Of a stretch of DNA of 64,000 nucleotides, positions 62,783 through 64,000 are shown piece by piece; the first letter of the stretch is position 1; each line of letters begins with the position of its first letter. The notes beneath the pieces were generated by a model. It was not told the origin of the DNA and made no database searches. It saw only the letters and a list, made by a program, of their open reading frames with translations. The position numbers and the translations under genes were made by a program. This DNA is from Prorocentrum cordatum (taxonomy: Eukaryota), in assembly GCA_963575745.1 (NCBI GenBank), contig CAUYUJ010000203.1, positions 496,001 to 560,000 of the forward strand, written 5' to 3'.

Positions 62783-63735
62783 TCTTCCCTGTCGCACCCC
62801 GAGGCTGGTCGAAAGGGCGGGCCGGGCGTTTCGCACGGGATTTCCTCACCATGAATGACCCTGGTGCCCAACAGTTGTCGACAGCTTCACAGATGGAGGG
62901 CGGGTGGTTTTCAACATGTGGCTCTCGCCCTAGCGCTGTGCACATTCGCTTGAAGCATTTGCAAGAGCTTCACGGACTGAGGCTGGGCCGTTTTTAAATG
63001 TGGCTCTCGCCGTAGCGCCGCGCACATGTTTTTTTTGCTACCATGTGCAAGACTTTCACGGATTGAGGGCAGGTGGTTTTCAAAATGATTCGTTTAAAAC
63101 ATTTGAAAGAGCTTCACGGGTTGAGGGCGGGTGGTTTTCAACATGTGGCTCTCGCCTGAACGCCGCGCACAGCTGTTATAGAACACTGCAATAATTTCAC
63201 GGACTCAGGGCGGGTGGTCTTCAACGCTCTCGCCCTAGCGCTGTGCACATTCCTTTGAACAATTTGCAAGAGCTTCACGGACTGAGGGCGGGCCGTTTTC
63301 AAAATGTGGCTCTCTCCCTAGCGCCGCGCACACTCGTTCTAAGGCGGTTTGAGGGCGGTTCCTTTCAACAATGTGGCTCTCGCCTTAGCGCCGCGCGCAT
63401 TCGTTTTAAGCATTTGCAAGAGTTTCATTGGTTGTGATGGTTCACGTATCAGAAATGGTGTGGTGGAACGATGGAGGATTGTCAGGGCGCAACAGTTACG
63501 TTGATTCGCGGTGTTGAAATCCCATGAATGGTGTGCTGGCACGATGCGGGATCACCAAGACGTAAAAGTCAGGTTAACTCGTGGCGCTGAAGTCCAGAGA
63601 ATGGTGTTTTGGCACGCTGCAAGATGCTCACACGCTTGCCCCCCGACGGGGCAATTCCCTCAGTAGGGGCCCATGAAGAAGGATCTTGGAGAGAGGGTGT
63701 ATTTCAACATCGTTGATGAGTCGGGTTTCCACTGC
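62783..63735. repeat. dispersed element with ~83-bp tandem units, copy 2
   Basis: Homologous to 45321-46053, with more and partly deleted units. Ends at the same junction into (CCT)n. Confidence 0.9.
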
Positions 63736-63889
63736 TCCTCCTCCTCCTCCTCCTCCTCCTCCTCCTCCTCCTTCCCTCCTTCTCCTGCCCCTGTCCTCCC
63801 CCCTGGGGCCTCGGCGGAGAGGGCCGGGGAACCCCCGAGGGGCGGAGGCTGGCGGCGCGATGGGCGGGAAACCGGGAAAGCGCCCGGGC

Positions 63890-63956
63890 CTCGGGCTCCA
63901 GCTGCGGGGGCGGCACCAGCCACGCGAGCATCAGGAAGGCGATCTTCACAAAGGGC
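63890..63956 (-). CDS. PqiA-family gene exon (67 bp); the gene starts beyond the window
   Basis: gcag|G PFVKIAFLMLAWLVPPPQLEPE|gc; shows the (W)PxxK..W..P motif of the first PqiA half. Confidence 0.85.
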
Positions 63957-64000
63957 CTGCTGCTACCCCTTGCTGCTGCCCCTTGCTGCTGCCCCTGGCT

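Overview
GC-rich, microsatellite-saturated eukaryotic DNA, very likely dinoflagellate. The evidence is a 19/22 relict DinoSL spliced leader, GC/GA intron donors with AG|G junctions, and tiny exons in multi-kb introns. Most ORFs in the track are artefacts of (CCT)n/(CAT)n/(TAG)n tracts. Real content is as follows. (1) A minus-strand, highly split PqiA-family membrane protein gene enters from beyond the right edge and runs to about 32.2 kb; its introns hold much of the repeat content. (2) There are several decayed non-LTR retrotransposon pieces (RT, zf-RVT, RNase H, RTE-type C-terminus). (3) There are several MITE and dispersed repeat families. (4) Three intronless 'cargo' ORFs encode multiplied DNA/chromatin-type domains. 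The first is a 5x HTH-like repeat ORF with a relict SL and 18-bp direct repeats, inside the 'filled' member of a head-to-tail pair of Helitron-like units. The second is an HMG-box-like + 3x C4 zinc-finger ORF. The third is a tandem vSET-like methyltransferase ORF with a degenerate SL. (5) A family of T/Y-shaped GC-rich palindromes resembles parvoviral ITRs in architecture. All domain calls are by eye from motifs; no searches were run.
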